A stretch of 32,000 bases of DNA from Raphidiopsis brookii D9 (GTDB taxonomy: Bacteria; Cyanobacteriota; Cyanobacteriia; Cyanobacteriales; Nostocaceae). The notes below the pieces were generated by a model. That model had not been told where the DNA came from. It saw only the letters and a list, made by a program, of their open reading frames with translations, and made no database searches. The stretch is taken from contig ACYB01000038.1 of the NCBI GenBank assembly GCA_000175855.1, positions 30,001-62,000 on the forward strand, given 5' to 3'. Positions within the stretch are counted from its first letter, which is position 1. Every line of letters begins with the position of its first letter. Shown piece by piece: positions 10,680-20,106 of this stretch. A program made the position numbers and the translations under genes.

Positions 10680-11762
10680 TTAAGCACGCCATCTCAATAG
10701 TACACTTTTTACAGGATTAACAAATTCTCTGTTTTCTGCTGCTGCGCGGCTAAATTCCCGTTTCAATTGAAAATACCATTGTGCTTGCATATCCGAATCT
10801 TTAATTAGACGCAAAATCGGATTATATTGAAGTCCAATTTGTTGCTTTTCCACCACATTTCTATCTTGATACAAAAATTTGCGAGTTAGAATTTGAATCA
10901 AAGGTGTAAATATTTTTAACCAATTTGGTATACCATAAAGAACAAAATTTACTTCCGTTTCCGTGTCAGAAATTGGTGTAACTGCGGTTAAATTACAAAC
11001 TCGATGTTTGCCAAAGGTAATTTCTTCAATCCTCACTCCTGGTAAACGGAAAGAAATTTCCACCTCTGGTATTCCTCCACCCACTAACCAATATAATCGA
11101 CTCATATTTTCCGTGTTATTGGATAATTTATGGCGTCTGACCGTAAACCCATAATCGGAAGGATCAAATTGTTTCACTTCTTCATGCAGTTTTCCACTTC
11201 TCCACCACCACACCTGGTGAACATAGGGAGAATGAGCAGGATCCATTAAACCTGTTACTGCATGATCAATAAAACAGGGAAATTTCATTACTTCCACTAA
11301 ATCTGGTTCTATATTGCTAAAACCTGGTATTTGAGGAATATTACCGATCTCAGCATTAATGGACGCGCCTTCTTTGTCATACATGTATATCCAGATATTA
11401 CCCTGGGTTTCATAAACAGGATATGATTTAACATTAAACTTACTCAAATCTATACTTTGTTCTGGCAAAAGTGATGGAATTTGTGTACACTTGCCTTGAC
11501 TGTCAAAGCGCCAACCATGATAACAACATTCTACCTGTTCACCATCAAATCTACCACAACTCAACGGAACTGCACGATGAGGACAAATATCCTCAATCGC
11601 AAAAACTTGACCATTTTTGTCTCTTGTCAATAGTATAGGTTCTCTCAGTAAAACACGTGATACCATCTTACCTGTTTTTAGCTGACTGCTGGGTAGTGCA
11701 TAGTACCAAAGATTACGCAACAAGATGTTTTTATTATCTACCATGGGACAGGAATTAAACAA
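10680..11762 (-). CDS. Rieske [2Fe-2S] aromatic ring-hydroxylating oxygenase, alpha-subunit-like
   Basis: Rieske motif CPHRAVPLSCGRFDGEQVECCYHGWRFDSQGKC. Mononuclear Fe region DHAVTGLMDPAHSPYVHQ. Confidence 0.9.
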   Translation of the reverse strand: MFNSCPMVDNKNILLRNLWYYALPSSQLKTGKMVSRVLLREPILLTRDKNGQVFAIEDICPHRAVPLSCGRFDGEQVECCYHGWRFDSQGKCTQIPSLLPEQSIDLSKFNVKSYPVYETQGNIWIYMYDKEGASINAEIGNIPQIPGFSNIEPDLVEVMKFPCFIDHAVTGLMDPAHSPYVHQVWWWRSGKLHEEVKQFDPSDYGFTVRRHKLSNNTENMSRLYWLVGGGIPEVEISFRLPGVRIEEITFGKHRVCNLTAVTPISDTETEVNFVLYGIPNWLKIFTPLIQILTRKFLYQDRNVVEKQQIGLQYNPILRLIKDSDMQAQWYFQLKREFSRAAAENREFVNPVKSVLLRWRA

Positions 11763-12047
11763 AAAAATAAGGAAGAGAATTACTAGGAAGTTTTAGTCTA
11801 CTTTTACCCAAAAATCCTCTATTCTAAATTGTACCATTGTGATTAAATTGCATCCAAATTTTATGGTCTCCTGACCATGGAACTTTATGGGCGATCATTG
11901 TGGATGTACGACAACTCCTTCTAGAGGAAGATGGTTTTGACCAGAAGTCAATTTAAACTAGTGCTGGTGTGTCGAATAACTGCTTTCTATGAAGGTTTAG
12001 CACTGCTAAACCTTTTCTTATATTATGATGTATATCTGTCAAAATTT

Positions 12048-12512
12048 TTAAAAAGCTGCCCTCTGCTTTGCTAAAGGAAGGGGCTCCCAGGCTTTTGGTA
12101 AAAACCGGATAAACTCTAATGGTAAGTTATCTATATCGGCAATAAAAGCTACTTCTAAAATGCGATCGCCTATTTGCTGTTGAGTTGGTTCTAAAAGAAC
12201 TTTCAGGGGTGATAGTTCCAAAATCAAAGACATTCTCTGTTGTAATTCTAACAGCCAAGTAGATAAATCTAACACTCGGGAAGTAAGATCAAAGGAAAGA
12301 TGATAATAACCCACATAATTCTCATCCGTAAAAGCATCCGGTGCGGGTTTGGGTTGAGGAATTTGAATCAATTCGATGCGACTATCTAATCCCTCCAACC
12401 AACATGCTAAAGTATAACCGGTCGTGAAGCGAGCGGCAACTGCAAAACCTAGTTCTTGATAAAATGCGATCGCTCGGTGAATATTACTTGTTCTAATAGA
12501 AACATGATGCAT
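12048..12512 (-). CDS. VOC (glyoxalase/bleomycin resistance) superfamily protein
   Basis: From internal ATG: MHHVSIRTSNIHRAIAFYQELGFAVAARFTTGYTLACWLEG...GYYHLSFD. The track ORF extends to 12569, but the domain starts at MHHVSIR. Confidence 0.8.
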   Translation of the reverse strand: MHHVSIRTSNIHRAIAFYQELGFAVAARFTTGYTLACWLEGLDSRIELIQIPQPKPAPDAFTDENYVGYYHLSFDLTSRVLDLSTWLLELQQRMSLILELSPLKVLLEPTQQQIGDRILEVAFIADIDNLPLEFIRFLPKAWEPLPLAKQRAAF

Positions 12513-12611
12513 AGTTTCAGGATAGGAGATTTGGGAATTGGAGGTTTTTAGGATATAATAGTAACTCACCTAACTTTGGGGTAGGTGAGAGATTTTGAAA
12601 ACTACAACAAA

Positions 12612-13124
12612 CTACTCAAACAATCGGAAATAGGGGTAACGCACAGGGGCACCTGGTTCCTTATCTAAATCAAAATTAATCACATCCCAGCATGGTTCAT
12701 CCAGCGGGTCTGGTCCAAACTCTACTGGTAACCCATACAATCGAGCATTTCCCGTTTCTGTTTGTTCTGACCGCCAAGAACTGCTCCGCTCCAAATAACC
12801 ACTCATTAACTCTTGATAACGCCGAGCAATAATCACTCTTGTAGCACGATAACCTTGAGTATAGAGCTTATCTAGTGCTTCATGAATTTCAAAGCGTATG
12901 CCATCAGGATGAGTGTGTTGTCGATACCAGTCATTACCCCATTTGCGCCAGTGACGACCTGACTGGAGATGTACTAACTCCTCAGTTTTGGGATCAGCTT
13001 CAAAAGCACCGTGCCGTATGCACAAGTAAGTATCAGTTAAAGTCAGCGCCGGAATGGTCTGGCGACAGTGTGGACACTGTATTTCAGGTCCAAATATTGG
13101 GTACTGTAAGCCTGGATTCATCAT
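12612..13124 (-). CDS. Conserved cyanobacterial protein (TIGR02652-like)
   Basis: 170 aa with PGLQYPIFGPEIQCPHCRQTIPALTLTDTYLC and HWRKWGNDWYRQHTHPDGIRFEIHEALDKLYTQGYRATRVIIARRY. Family name recalled, not searched. Confidence 0.7.
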   Translation of the reverse strand: MMNPGLQYPIFGPEIQCPHCRQTIPALTLTDTYLCIRHGAFEADPKTEELVHLQSGRHWRKWGNDWYRQHTHPDGIRFEIHEALDKLYTQGYRATRVIIARRYQELMSGYLERSSSWRSEQTETGNARLYGLPVEFGPDPLDEPCWDVINFDLDKEPGAPVRYPYFRLFE

Positions 13125-13280
13125 GAAGTGTGTACAAGCATAGTTTTATATTTAGCAGCACCAATAGGTTGGATTTAACACCCTGGATCAAAAGATAAGG
13201 ATAAGCAATCCCCAGCAGTTATTACTGATTGTACAGGACAAATGACTGTGATATGCTAGTTATGCAACCAATTTCCCAGG

Positions 13281-13871
13281 TTGAAGTTTTTCCAGTATTC
13301 CTGGTTACCATATCAAAATTCTATCGTGTCTACTGTTTCCTATTGGACATCTCCGGATTTTTCTCAAGCCGCTTTTATAGCCACCAATGCCATTGTAATT
13401 GGATCGGTTAAAGTTGCGGCAAAGTCGAGTATTTGGTATAGTGCAGTGGTTAGGGGAGATGTGGAACGGATTGAAATTGGGGAATGCACAAACGTACAAG
13501 ACGGAGCTATCCTACATGGAGATCCTGGTCTAGCTACTATTTTAGAAGACCATGTTACCGTAGGGCATCGTGCTGTGATACATTCCGCCCACATTGAACG
13601 AGGTAGTTTAATTGGCATTGGTGCAATAGTTTTAAATGGGGTTCGTATTGGTCATAGTAGCATCCTGGGAGCAGGTGCGGTAGTAACCAAAGACATACCT
13701 CCCTATTCTCTTGTCGTTGGAGTACCTGGTAAAATAGTCCGTCAAGTAACAGAAACTGAAGCGGCGGAACTTTTTGAACATGCCGAAAAATATCATCAGT
13801 TAGCCCTAGTCCATGCAGGAAAGGGGAAGAACATGGGTTTTATCCCACATTCTGCTCCCTTGGAAAAATGA
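13281..13871 (+). CDS. Gamma carbonic anhydrase family / left-handed beta-helix hexapeptide protein
   Basis: SSIWYSAVVRGDVERIEIGECTNVQDGAILHGDPG...DHVTVGHRAVIHSAHIERGSLIGIGAIVLNGVRIG. The true start may be the in-frame GTG at 13326. Confidence 0.88.
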   Translation: MKFFQYSWLPYQNSIVSTVSYWTSPDFSQAAFIATNAIVIGSVKVAAKSSIWYSAVVRGDVERIEIGECTNVQDGAILHGDPGLATILEDHVTVGHRAVIHSAHIERGSLIGIGAIVLNGVRIGHSSILGAGAVVTKDIPPYSLVVGVPGKIVRQVTETEAAELFEHAEKYHQLALVHAGKGKNMGFIPHSAPLEK

Positions 13872-14022
13872 CCAACTTGAGGTAAAAATTAAGAAGGGGT
13901 GGATACTTTATTCCCTCCCTTCACAAACTGTTCCGCTGTCACCTTCGGGTTGGCATCCCATCCCTTTAGGGCTGGAAAAGTTACAAAAACTTTAATTTCC
14001 ATATAACAGAGGTTTTCTCGAT

Positions 14023-14148
14023 ATGAACATTGATACCCGCATAGTAATTGTCCTAGCACCCTTAGTTATTGCTGCAAGCTGGGCTGCTTTTAATATAGGT
14101 GCTGCTGCTATCAGACAAGTACAAGCCTTTTTAAGTAAAGAAGCCTAA
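14023..14148 (+). CDS. psbY: Photosystem II protein PsbY
   Basis: Short ORF absent from the supplied track. Translation: [41 protein letters not shown], matching the PsbY pattern (single TM helix, AxWAxxNIGxAAxRQxQ). Confidence 0.87.
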   Translation: MNIDTRIVIVLAPLVIAASWAAFNIGAAAIRQVQAFLSKEA

Positions 14149-14185
14149 ATTATCCAAGCGGTTGAATGCACCCCATCTATAATTA

Positions 14186-15601
14186 ATGAGTGGTGCGTTC
14201 AATTACCTAACTGTCAACCTGCCATCTACTCCTCACTTAGTTCCCTATTATGCCGTGGATTCTTTACTTCAACCTTTAAAGCACTTTGGTGTTAACTTAG
14301 GACTTAACCGTATTGTCAAGTTACTAGAGACCTTAAATAATCCCCATAGACAGGTACCCATAATTCATGTTGCGGGAACTAATGGTAAAGGTTCAGTTTG
14401 TGCCTATCTATCCTCCATTTTAACAGAGTCAGGTTACAAAACAGGTAGGTACACTTCGCCTCATTTAATAGACTGGAATGAGCGTATATGTATTAATGAA
14501 AAACCCATTGCGAGTGAAGAACTAACTAGACTAATCGAAATAGTGAAAGGTGTGATTAATTCAAATGAAGATCAGCCCACACAATTCGAGATAATTACAG
14601 CAGCATCCTGGCTATACTTTGCCCAGGAGAAAGTGGATATAGCAGTAGTAGAAGTTGGACTGGGGGGGAGATTAGACGCGACAAACGTTTGTGATCACCC
14701 CTTAGTAACAGTAATCACCTCAATTGGTAGGGATCACTGGCAGCAGCTAGGTTCGAGCATCAGTGATATTGCCAGAGAGAAGGCGGGGATCATTAAAGCT
14801 GGATGTCCGGTAGTGATGGGGAAATTGCCAGAGGATGCCAAGAGAGCAGTGATATGTAGGAGTATAGAACTAGAAAGTCCAATTTTTGTTGTATCACCTG
14901 CAAGAGAAATAAGTCCTGGATGGGCAGAATATCAAACCGTAGGACCAGGGGGGCGTATTAAAGCAATTAAATATCCATTACCATTGAAAGGGCAAATTCA
15001 ACTCACTAATTCTGCTCTGGCATTAGCGAGTTTAGGGATGTTGCAAAGACAAGGATGGGAGATTTCCGGTCAAGCTATAATTAGGGGTATGGAGAAGACT
15101 AAATGGCCAGGAAGAATGCAATGGTTTAATTGGAAAAAAGATAATAGTGATTGCCAACTGTTAATTGATGGTGCGCATAATCCAGAATCGGCACAGGTTT
15201 TGAGGAATTATGTAGATAGTATAGGAGATAGAAACAAAAATATAACTTGGGTAATGGGGATGCTAACTACAAAAGACCATAAGGATATTTTCAGAGAGCT
15301 GTTAAAGACAAAAGATAGATTATACTTAGTACCAGTACCGGGGAGTGATTATGCAAACCTGGATTATTTAAAGACTCTGGCTTTAGAAACTTGTCCAGAC
15401 TTAGATTTTTGTGCGATATATGAGGATATATTTTTGGCATTAAATGCCGCCTTTAATAACTTTAATAATACAAATAATAATACAAATAATAATACAAATA
15501 ATAATACAAATAATAATACAAATATAAATGGCCCGGTTATTTTATGTGGTTCTTTGTACTTAATTGGTCACTTCTTTTCTCAGGTTAATCTGGTAAAATA
15601 G
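14186..15601 (+). CDS. folC: Bifunctional folylpolyglutamate synthase / dihydrofolate synthase
   Basis: VPIIHVAGTNGKGSVCAYLSSILTESGYKTGRYTSPHL, VEVGLGGRLDATNV, TSIGRDHWQQLG, LIDGAHNPESA. Confidence 0.95.
   Translation: MSGAFNYLTVNLPSTPHLVPYYAVDSLLQPLKHFGVNLGLNRIVKLLETLNNPHRQVPIIHVAGTNGKGSVCAYLSSILTESGYKTGRYTSPHLIDWNERICINEKPIASEELTRLIEIVKGVINSNEDQPTQFEIITAASWLYFAQEKVDIAVVEVGLGGRLDATNVCDHPLVTVITSIGRDHWQQLGSSISDIAREKAGIIKAGCPVVMGKLPEDAKRAVICRSIELESPIFVVSPAREISPGWAEYQTVGPGGRIKAIKYPLPLKGQIQLTNSALALASLGMLQRQGWEISGQAIIRGMEKTKWPGRMQWFNWKKDNSDCQLLIDGAHNPESAQVLRNYVDSIGDRNKNITWVMGMLTTKDHKDIFRELLKTKDRLYLVPVPGSDYANLDYLKTLALETCPDLDFCAIYEDIFLALNAAFNNFNNTNNNTNNNTNNNTNNNTNINGPVILCGSLYLIGHFFSQVNLVK
15471..15518 (+). 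repeat. In-frame 12-bp tandem repeat inside folC
   Basis: Four perfect copies of CAAATAATAATA with degenerate flanking copies; encodes TNNNTNNNTNNNTNNN. Confidence 0.95.
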
Positions 15602-15667
15602 GTAAGAGATGCCAGAATATTCCCTCAAGGTTTGAGGTATTCTGGCATTTAATTTCTTTAGCAGTTC

Positions 15668-16942
15668 CTATCTACTATCCCATTGTTTAGCAGCATCACT
15701 AACAGCTTGATCTACTGTTTTTTGTCCCAACATTGCTGCTTGAAGATTTTCGTAAATTGCCCTTTGCAGTAATTTAAAATCCTTCATTTTAGGGGTTAAA
15801 ATCTGGGCTTTTTGCATTTCTTGGGCGCTGATAATACGTGCTTTTTCCACAGTAGAAGCATTAGCAGGAACTTCGCGAAAATAACTGTTGGATAATGCTC
15901 TAACAGTTGATGGTAAAACATTAGCTGCTTTTGCAAAAGCTAATTGATTGTCATCATTGGTAACAAACAAGGCAAATTTGAGTGCTGCATCCGGATTTTT
16001 ACTGCTACGAGGAATAACAACATTCATCACAGCCACATTTTTCTTACCCGTATTACCCGTAATTTGGGGAGCTATGGTAGAAGACTTAGCGATTTGTGGA
16101 GCATTGTTAGCAATGGTTTTTAAAAACTCAGCCCCCGATGCCAAAAATGCAGTTTCTCCCGACTGATATAGATCAATAGCGTGACGATGACCCTGAGTTA
16201 AACATTCCTTAGGTAATAGTCCCTGCTGATATAGGTCCACCCAGTATTGAAAACCAGCCCTACCCTCGGGTGTATTAAAAGCCGCCTTTTCTTGCTTATC
16301 CACTAAATTAACACCCATTTGCACAAGAGATTCTAAAACCTCACCTGAGTCTTGAGGAACAAAGGTGGTGAAAAAGGCATACTTGCCCGTTTTATCATGA
16401 ATTTGTCGTGCTGCTTGAGCTAGTTCCTGATAGGTGGCTGGTGGTTTAGAAATACTTGCTTGTTTGAGTAAATCAGTGTTATAAATAGTTAGGCGGGTCG
16501 TCAAATACCAGGGAATGCCAAAACTCTTACCATTAAGAGTGCTGGCTTGCCATATATTTGGCAAATAGGATGAACGAACCTCAGGTGATACCTTGGTATC
16601 CAAATCTAACCAGGCATTTCGTCCCGCTAATTGGGCAGCAAAATCTGGGTTTAAATTAACCACATCTGGTGGGGTTTTTGCGGATACAGCCGTTAAAATC
16701 TTACTTTCCATAGCAGCCCAAGGCACATCTACCCATTTAACCTTGATACCAGGGTTTTGGGATTCAAAAGTGGAAATTAAACCTTGGAAATAACTGGTGA
16801 ATTCCGGTTGCAGTTGCATGGTCCAAAACTCAATACTTGTTCCCACATTCGCTGTGGTGCAACTAACTACCCAGCTGGCTAGTAATCCTACTAGACTTAA
16901 AACAGTGAGCCGTGAAAATTTTGATGATCGGATTTTTGGCAT
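15668..16942 (-). CDS. Extracellular solute-binding protein of a sugar ABC transporter (lipoprotein)
   Basis: 424 aa, lipobox-like LLASWVVSCTT, then STFESQNPGIKVKWVDVPWAAMESKILTAVSAKTPPDVVNLNPDFAAQLAGRNAWLDL and GKSFGIPWYLTTRLTIYNTDLLKQA. Confidence 0.9.
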   Translation of the reverse strand: MPKIRSSKFSRLTVLSLVGLLASWVVSCTTANVGTSIEFWTMQLQPEFTSYFQGLISTFESQNPGIKVKWVDVPWAAMESKILTAVSAKTPPDVVNLNPDFAAQLAGRNAWLDLDTKVSPEVRSSYLPNIWQASTLNGKSFGIPWYLTTRLTIYNTDLLKQASISKPPATYQELAQAARQIHDKTGKYAFFTTFVPQDSGEVLESLVQMGVNLVDKQEKAAFNTPEGRAGFQYWVDLYQQGLLPKECLTQGHRHAIDLYQSGETAFLASGAEFLKTIANNAPQIAKSSTIAPQITGNTGKKNVAVMNVVIPRSSKNPDAALKFALFVTNDDNQLAFAKAANVLPSTVRALSNSYFREVPANASTVEKARIISAQEMQKAQILTPKMKDFKLLQRAIYENLQAAMLGQKTVDQAVSDAAKQWDSR

Positions 16943-16979
16943 AAATTTGTTAAAATTTCTACAAAAGTAGCGTAGATCA

Positions 16980-18062
16980 ATGGTGAAAAACTTAGGTTTT
17001 AGTGACTTGTTTAATTACTGGGGTAATTTTCTGGGTAAGTCTACCAGAGGTGTGGGTGTGGAACTAACAGGAGACAGGATAAATATAGCCCAATTGCACA
17101 GGGTGCGTCAGGGTTTAAGAATAGAGTCATTGAGCACATTTCCCGTTCCAGAAGGGATAATAGTCAATGGTGAAATTTGTGATTGTCCCAGGATGGGAGA
17201 AATTATCTCACAAGCAATAGTAGAAAGTAAAATCAAAACCACTCAGATTAGAACTTGTATACCCGAAAAACATGCTATTGTGCGTATAATTCCTGCACCA
17301 TTAGAGTTGGAGGGTCAAGAGTTATATGATTCATTTATCAATCAGGAAGCTGGATTATATTTACCCTATCCACGAGAGGAAGCGGATATAGACTGTCAAA
17401 AATTGGGCTATTTCATAGATCAAGATGGGATAGAAAAAGCACAGATTCTCCTAGTTGCCACCCGGAGGGAAATTACGGACAGTTATATTCATACTTTTGC
17501 TCTAGCTGGACTGAAAATAGAGGTTTTAGAGATTAAAAGTTTTGCTATTATTAGAACTATCCAAAAACAGTTATTAATATTGAGACCTGAAGAAGCGGTA
17601 GTGTTAGTCAATATTGAATTTGACCATACAGAAGTTGCCGTGATTATCAATGGTGTGCCACAGTTTTCCCGTACTATTGGTATTGGTACGTTTCAATTAG
17701 AAACTGCTATATCTACTCCTATATCTAGGGAGATAAGTTTACCTGTACGGGAGATGATGTTAATGACTATTCCTTATAGAGCAGAACCAGAATTAGATAT
17801 GCTAGATAAATTAGGCGCTGAGATAGGTCGTACCATTGATTTTTGTATTAATCAAATTGAGTCTATGGAGGTATCCCAAATTTTCCTAAGTGGTGCTGGA
17901 GGAGGGATGGAACAGCTAGATGAATTTTTGACTGATAGATTGGGTTTTACAACCAGTAGAATTAATCCTTGTCAAGATCTATTATTAGATAGGGATAAAT
18001 TTCCCTCGTCACAGGATCCCAGTTTAGCAGCGGTCTTAGGTTTAGGGATGCGTCAAATATAG
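16980..18062 (+). CDS. pilM: Type IV pilus assembly protein PilM
   Basis: 360 aa actin-like protein: GVGVELTGDRINIAQL, IRTCIPEKHAIVRIIPAP, EAGLYLPYPREEADIDCQ, FSRTIGIGTFQLE, QIFLSGAGGGM. Confidence 0.9.
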   Translation: MVKNLGFSDLFNYWGNFLGKSTRGVGVELTGDRINIAQLHRVRQGLRIESLSTFPVPEGIIVNGEICDCPRMGEIISQAIVESKIKTTQIRTCIPEKHAIVRIIPAPLELEGQELYDSFINQEAGLYLPYPREEADIDCQKLGYFIDQDGIEKAQILLVATRREITDSYIHTFALAGLKIEVLEIKSFAIIRTIQKQLLILRPEEAVVLVNIEFDHTEVAVIINGVPQFSRTIGIGTFQLETAISTPISREISLPVREMMLMTIPYRAEPELDMLDKLGAEIGRTIDFCINQIESMEVSQIFLSGAGGGMEQLDEFLTDRLGFTTSRINPCQDLLLDRDKFPSSQDPSLAAVLGLGMRQI

Positions 18063-18110
18063 ATCATATAAATCCTCCATTATATATATACTATTTTCCA
18101 CTATTTTCCT

Positions 18111-18875
18111 ATGTACAATTTAGAAATTAATTTTCTCCAGCATCGCTCAAGTAGCAAATTAAAGGTAGAGGATGGGAATGAGGTCAACTCAATAAATCAT
18201 CCAGTCAATCGGAGGAGTTTTATCCCCATATTTGTGGGATTGGGATTGGGTTTATGTTTTCCAGCTTTAGCATGGAGTAGTTTGTGGTGGTTACAAGACC
18301 AAAATAGCAGTTTAGAAGGGGAAATTGCCCAACTAAACAACCACAGTCAAAACTTAGATCAGCAATTAACTCAGATGCAAAAAATCCGGGAACAAACCAC
18401 TACAATTGAACAACAAACTGAGAACTTAGTGACAGTATTTGAGCAAATGAGATCCTGGTCAGCTATTTTACAAGAACTGGGCAATAGGATTCCTAGCAAA
18501 GTTCAGATTGAAAGTCTTGAGCATAAACAAATTACTACCCTATCTACCAAGACAGAGCAATTAGAAATTACGGGTTATGCTCTCAATTTTAAAACTGTAA
18601 ACCAATTCCTCTTAAATATAGGAAAATCTAAACTATTTAATGGCAAAAATAGTCGAATTACTATGGCAGAATTAGTTGATGCGCCCCCGGTAACTGGTGC
18701 TATAGTAACCCAGCAGTCACCCATGGAATTTAAACCACCCCAAGTTGTTAAATATAATATGACAATTAGTCTAACTGATGTACCAGTATCCAATCTAGTT
18801 AGGGAATTAGAAAAAAAAGGTAGCCATGGGGTTAGTGGAAAAAATTCGTCATTTAGAAAGAATAGGAGCTATTAG
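18111..18875 (+). CDS. pilN: Type IV pilus assembly protein PilN
   Basis: Immediately after pilM; short cytoplasmic N-terminus (MYNLEINFLQHR), one TM helix, coiled coil, MRSWSAILQELGNRIPSKVQIES. Confidence 0.82.
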   Translation: MYNLEINFLQHRSSSKLKVEDGNEVNSINHPVNRRSFIPIFVGLGLGLCFPALAWSSLWWLQDQNSSLEGEIAQLNNHSQNLDQQLTQMQKIREQTTTIEQQTENLVTVFEQMRSWSAILQELGNRIPSKVQIESLEHKQITTLSTKTEQLEITGYALNFKTVNQFLLNIGKSKLFNGKNSRITMAELVDAPPVTGAIVTQQSPMEFKPPQVVKYNMTISLTDVPVSNLVRELEKKGSHGVSGKNSSFRKNRSY

Positions 18876-18878
18876 TAA

Positions 18879-19628
18879 ATGATATTCAATAGGGATTTAA
18901 ATTTTGCTGAAAAAACCAATTCTAATAATTCTTTATCTTCCTACCCAGTCTCATTTGGTATTACCTTCACACCTATGGTAACTGGGTTAATAATCGGTGT
19001 CTTAGGATTACTGGGGTCTGGTTATATCATACTGAATATGCTCATACCAGAGTTTGAAAAACATAATCAACTGAAAACGAAGATTATCCAAACTGAACAA
19101 GAGCATGAGCAAAAAAATCAGCAAGCTCAACAAATTAATCTCATTCAGAAACGATTGGCCCTATCCCAGCAGCAAAAAAAGTCAAGTCCTATCCTTAATG
19201 GGGATGAGAAAAACCTCAATAATCTACTTCTTAGTATCAACCAAATTATAGAACTTACTAATAGTCAGTCCTTGGGTAATCCCTATATCAAAGCCAAATT
19301 GAAAAAATTTACTCCCCTGAGTGAGAAACCACAAGTTATTACTGATAACAGTCTGGGAGAATCACTAAAAAACCAACTAAAACGACAGATCATCCAAGTA
19401 GAAATCGAAGGCAATTTCTACCAAATTCAAACCATTATGGCAAGTCTAGAAAAATTGCCACCTCTGTTATTAATTGACAAATATAAATGTCAACTCCTAG
19501 CTCCTACCATAGATACTCAACAAATAGTCAGCACAGGTAAAATATTAACCTCCTTTGAATTAGTCATACCCATTTCCCTCTCAGATAAAGAAGCATTAGA
19601 AATAGCTGCTAAAACTCCCCTACAATAA
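18879..19628 (+). CDS. pilO: Type IV pilus assembly protein PilO-like
   Basis: 3 bp after pilN; TM helix followed by coiled coil and QVEIEGNFYQIQTIMASLEKLPPLLLIDKYKCQL. Confidence 0.75.
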   Translation: MIFNRDLNFAEKTNSNNSLSSYPVSFGITFTPMVTGLIIGVLGLLGSGYIILNMLIPEFEKHNQLKTKIIQTEQEHEQKNQQAQQINLIQKRLALSQQQKKSSPILNGDEKNLNNLLLSINQIIELTNSQSLGNPYIKAKLKKFTPLSEKPQVITDNSLGESLKNQLKRQIIQVEIEGNFYQIQTIMASLEKLPPLLLIDKYKCQLLAPTIDTQQIVSTGKILTSFELVIPISLSDKEALEIAAKTPLQ

Positions 19629-19631
19629 AAA

Positions 19632-19674
19632 AGAGTGGGAGGAGACATTACCAAGCGTCATTCACTCCCACTCT
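19632..19674 (+). terminator. Putative hairpin terminator after pilO
   Basis: AGAGTGGGAG (19632-19641) / CTCCCACTCT (19665-19674), perfect 10-bp arms, flanked by AAAAA on the left and ATTT on the right. Confidence 0.5.
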
Positions 19675-20106
19675 ATTTAGTGCTGCTGAAGCGATTAGGG
19701 AACAGACTCATGACCCTGGTCGTTAATTAGGGGGGTAATAAAATTAAACGACTTGGGTATGGAATGAGCATTCCTATTGCAGCAATCGGTCATTTTGTTT
19801 TGAAACAAACCCAGCAGAGTAGCTGTTTTTTGTTTCTCTAATTTAATTTAACTTGCTTCTGAATTGTTAGGTTGCCAATTTGGCATTTTCTAGAAGTCTT
19901 TAAGATAAAGCTTGTAGTGCGAGTTCGCTCTTCCCCCAATCTTCTCAATGGAAATTTTGAGGGTAGTTAGGAAGAGTGAACACTTGTTAAAAACAGTGGT
20001 GATAAAGACTAATGATTTAAGTCTCATCTGGGTTTATACCAAGAAAGCGCAAGTAAGCAGCTTAGTTTTTTTTCTTTCCACATTAAGTTAGACCCGTGGG
20101 GGATCC

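Noticed and set aside
11763-12047. Spacer between Rieske and VOC genes examined for a gene relic
   Set aside because: Short broken frames only, no recognisable motif on either strand.
15456-15532. CRISPR-like short repeat array
   Set aside because: The 12-bp units have no spacers and lie in-frame in folC: a simple tandem repeat, not CRISPR.
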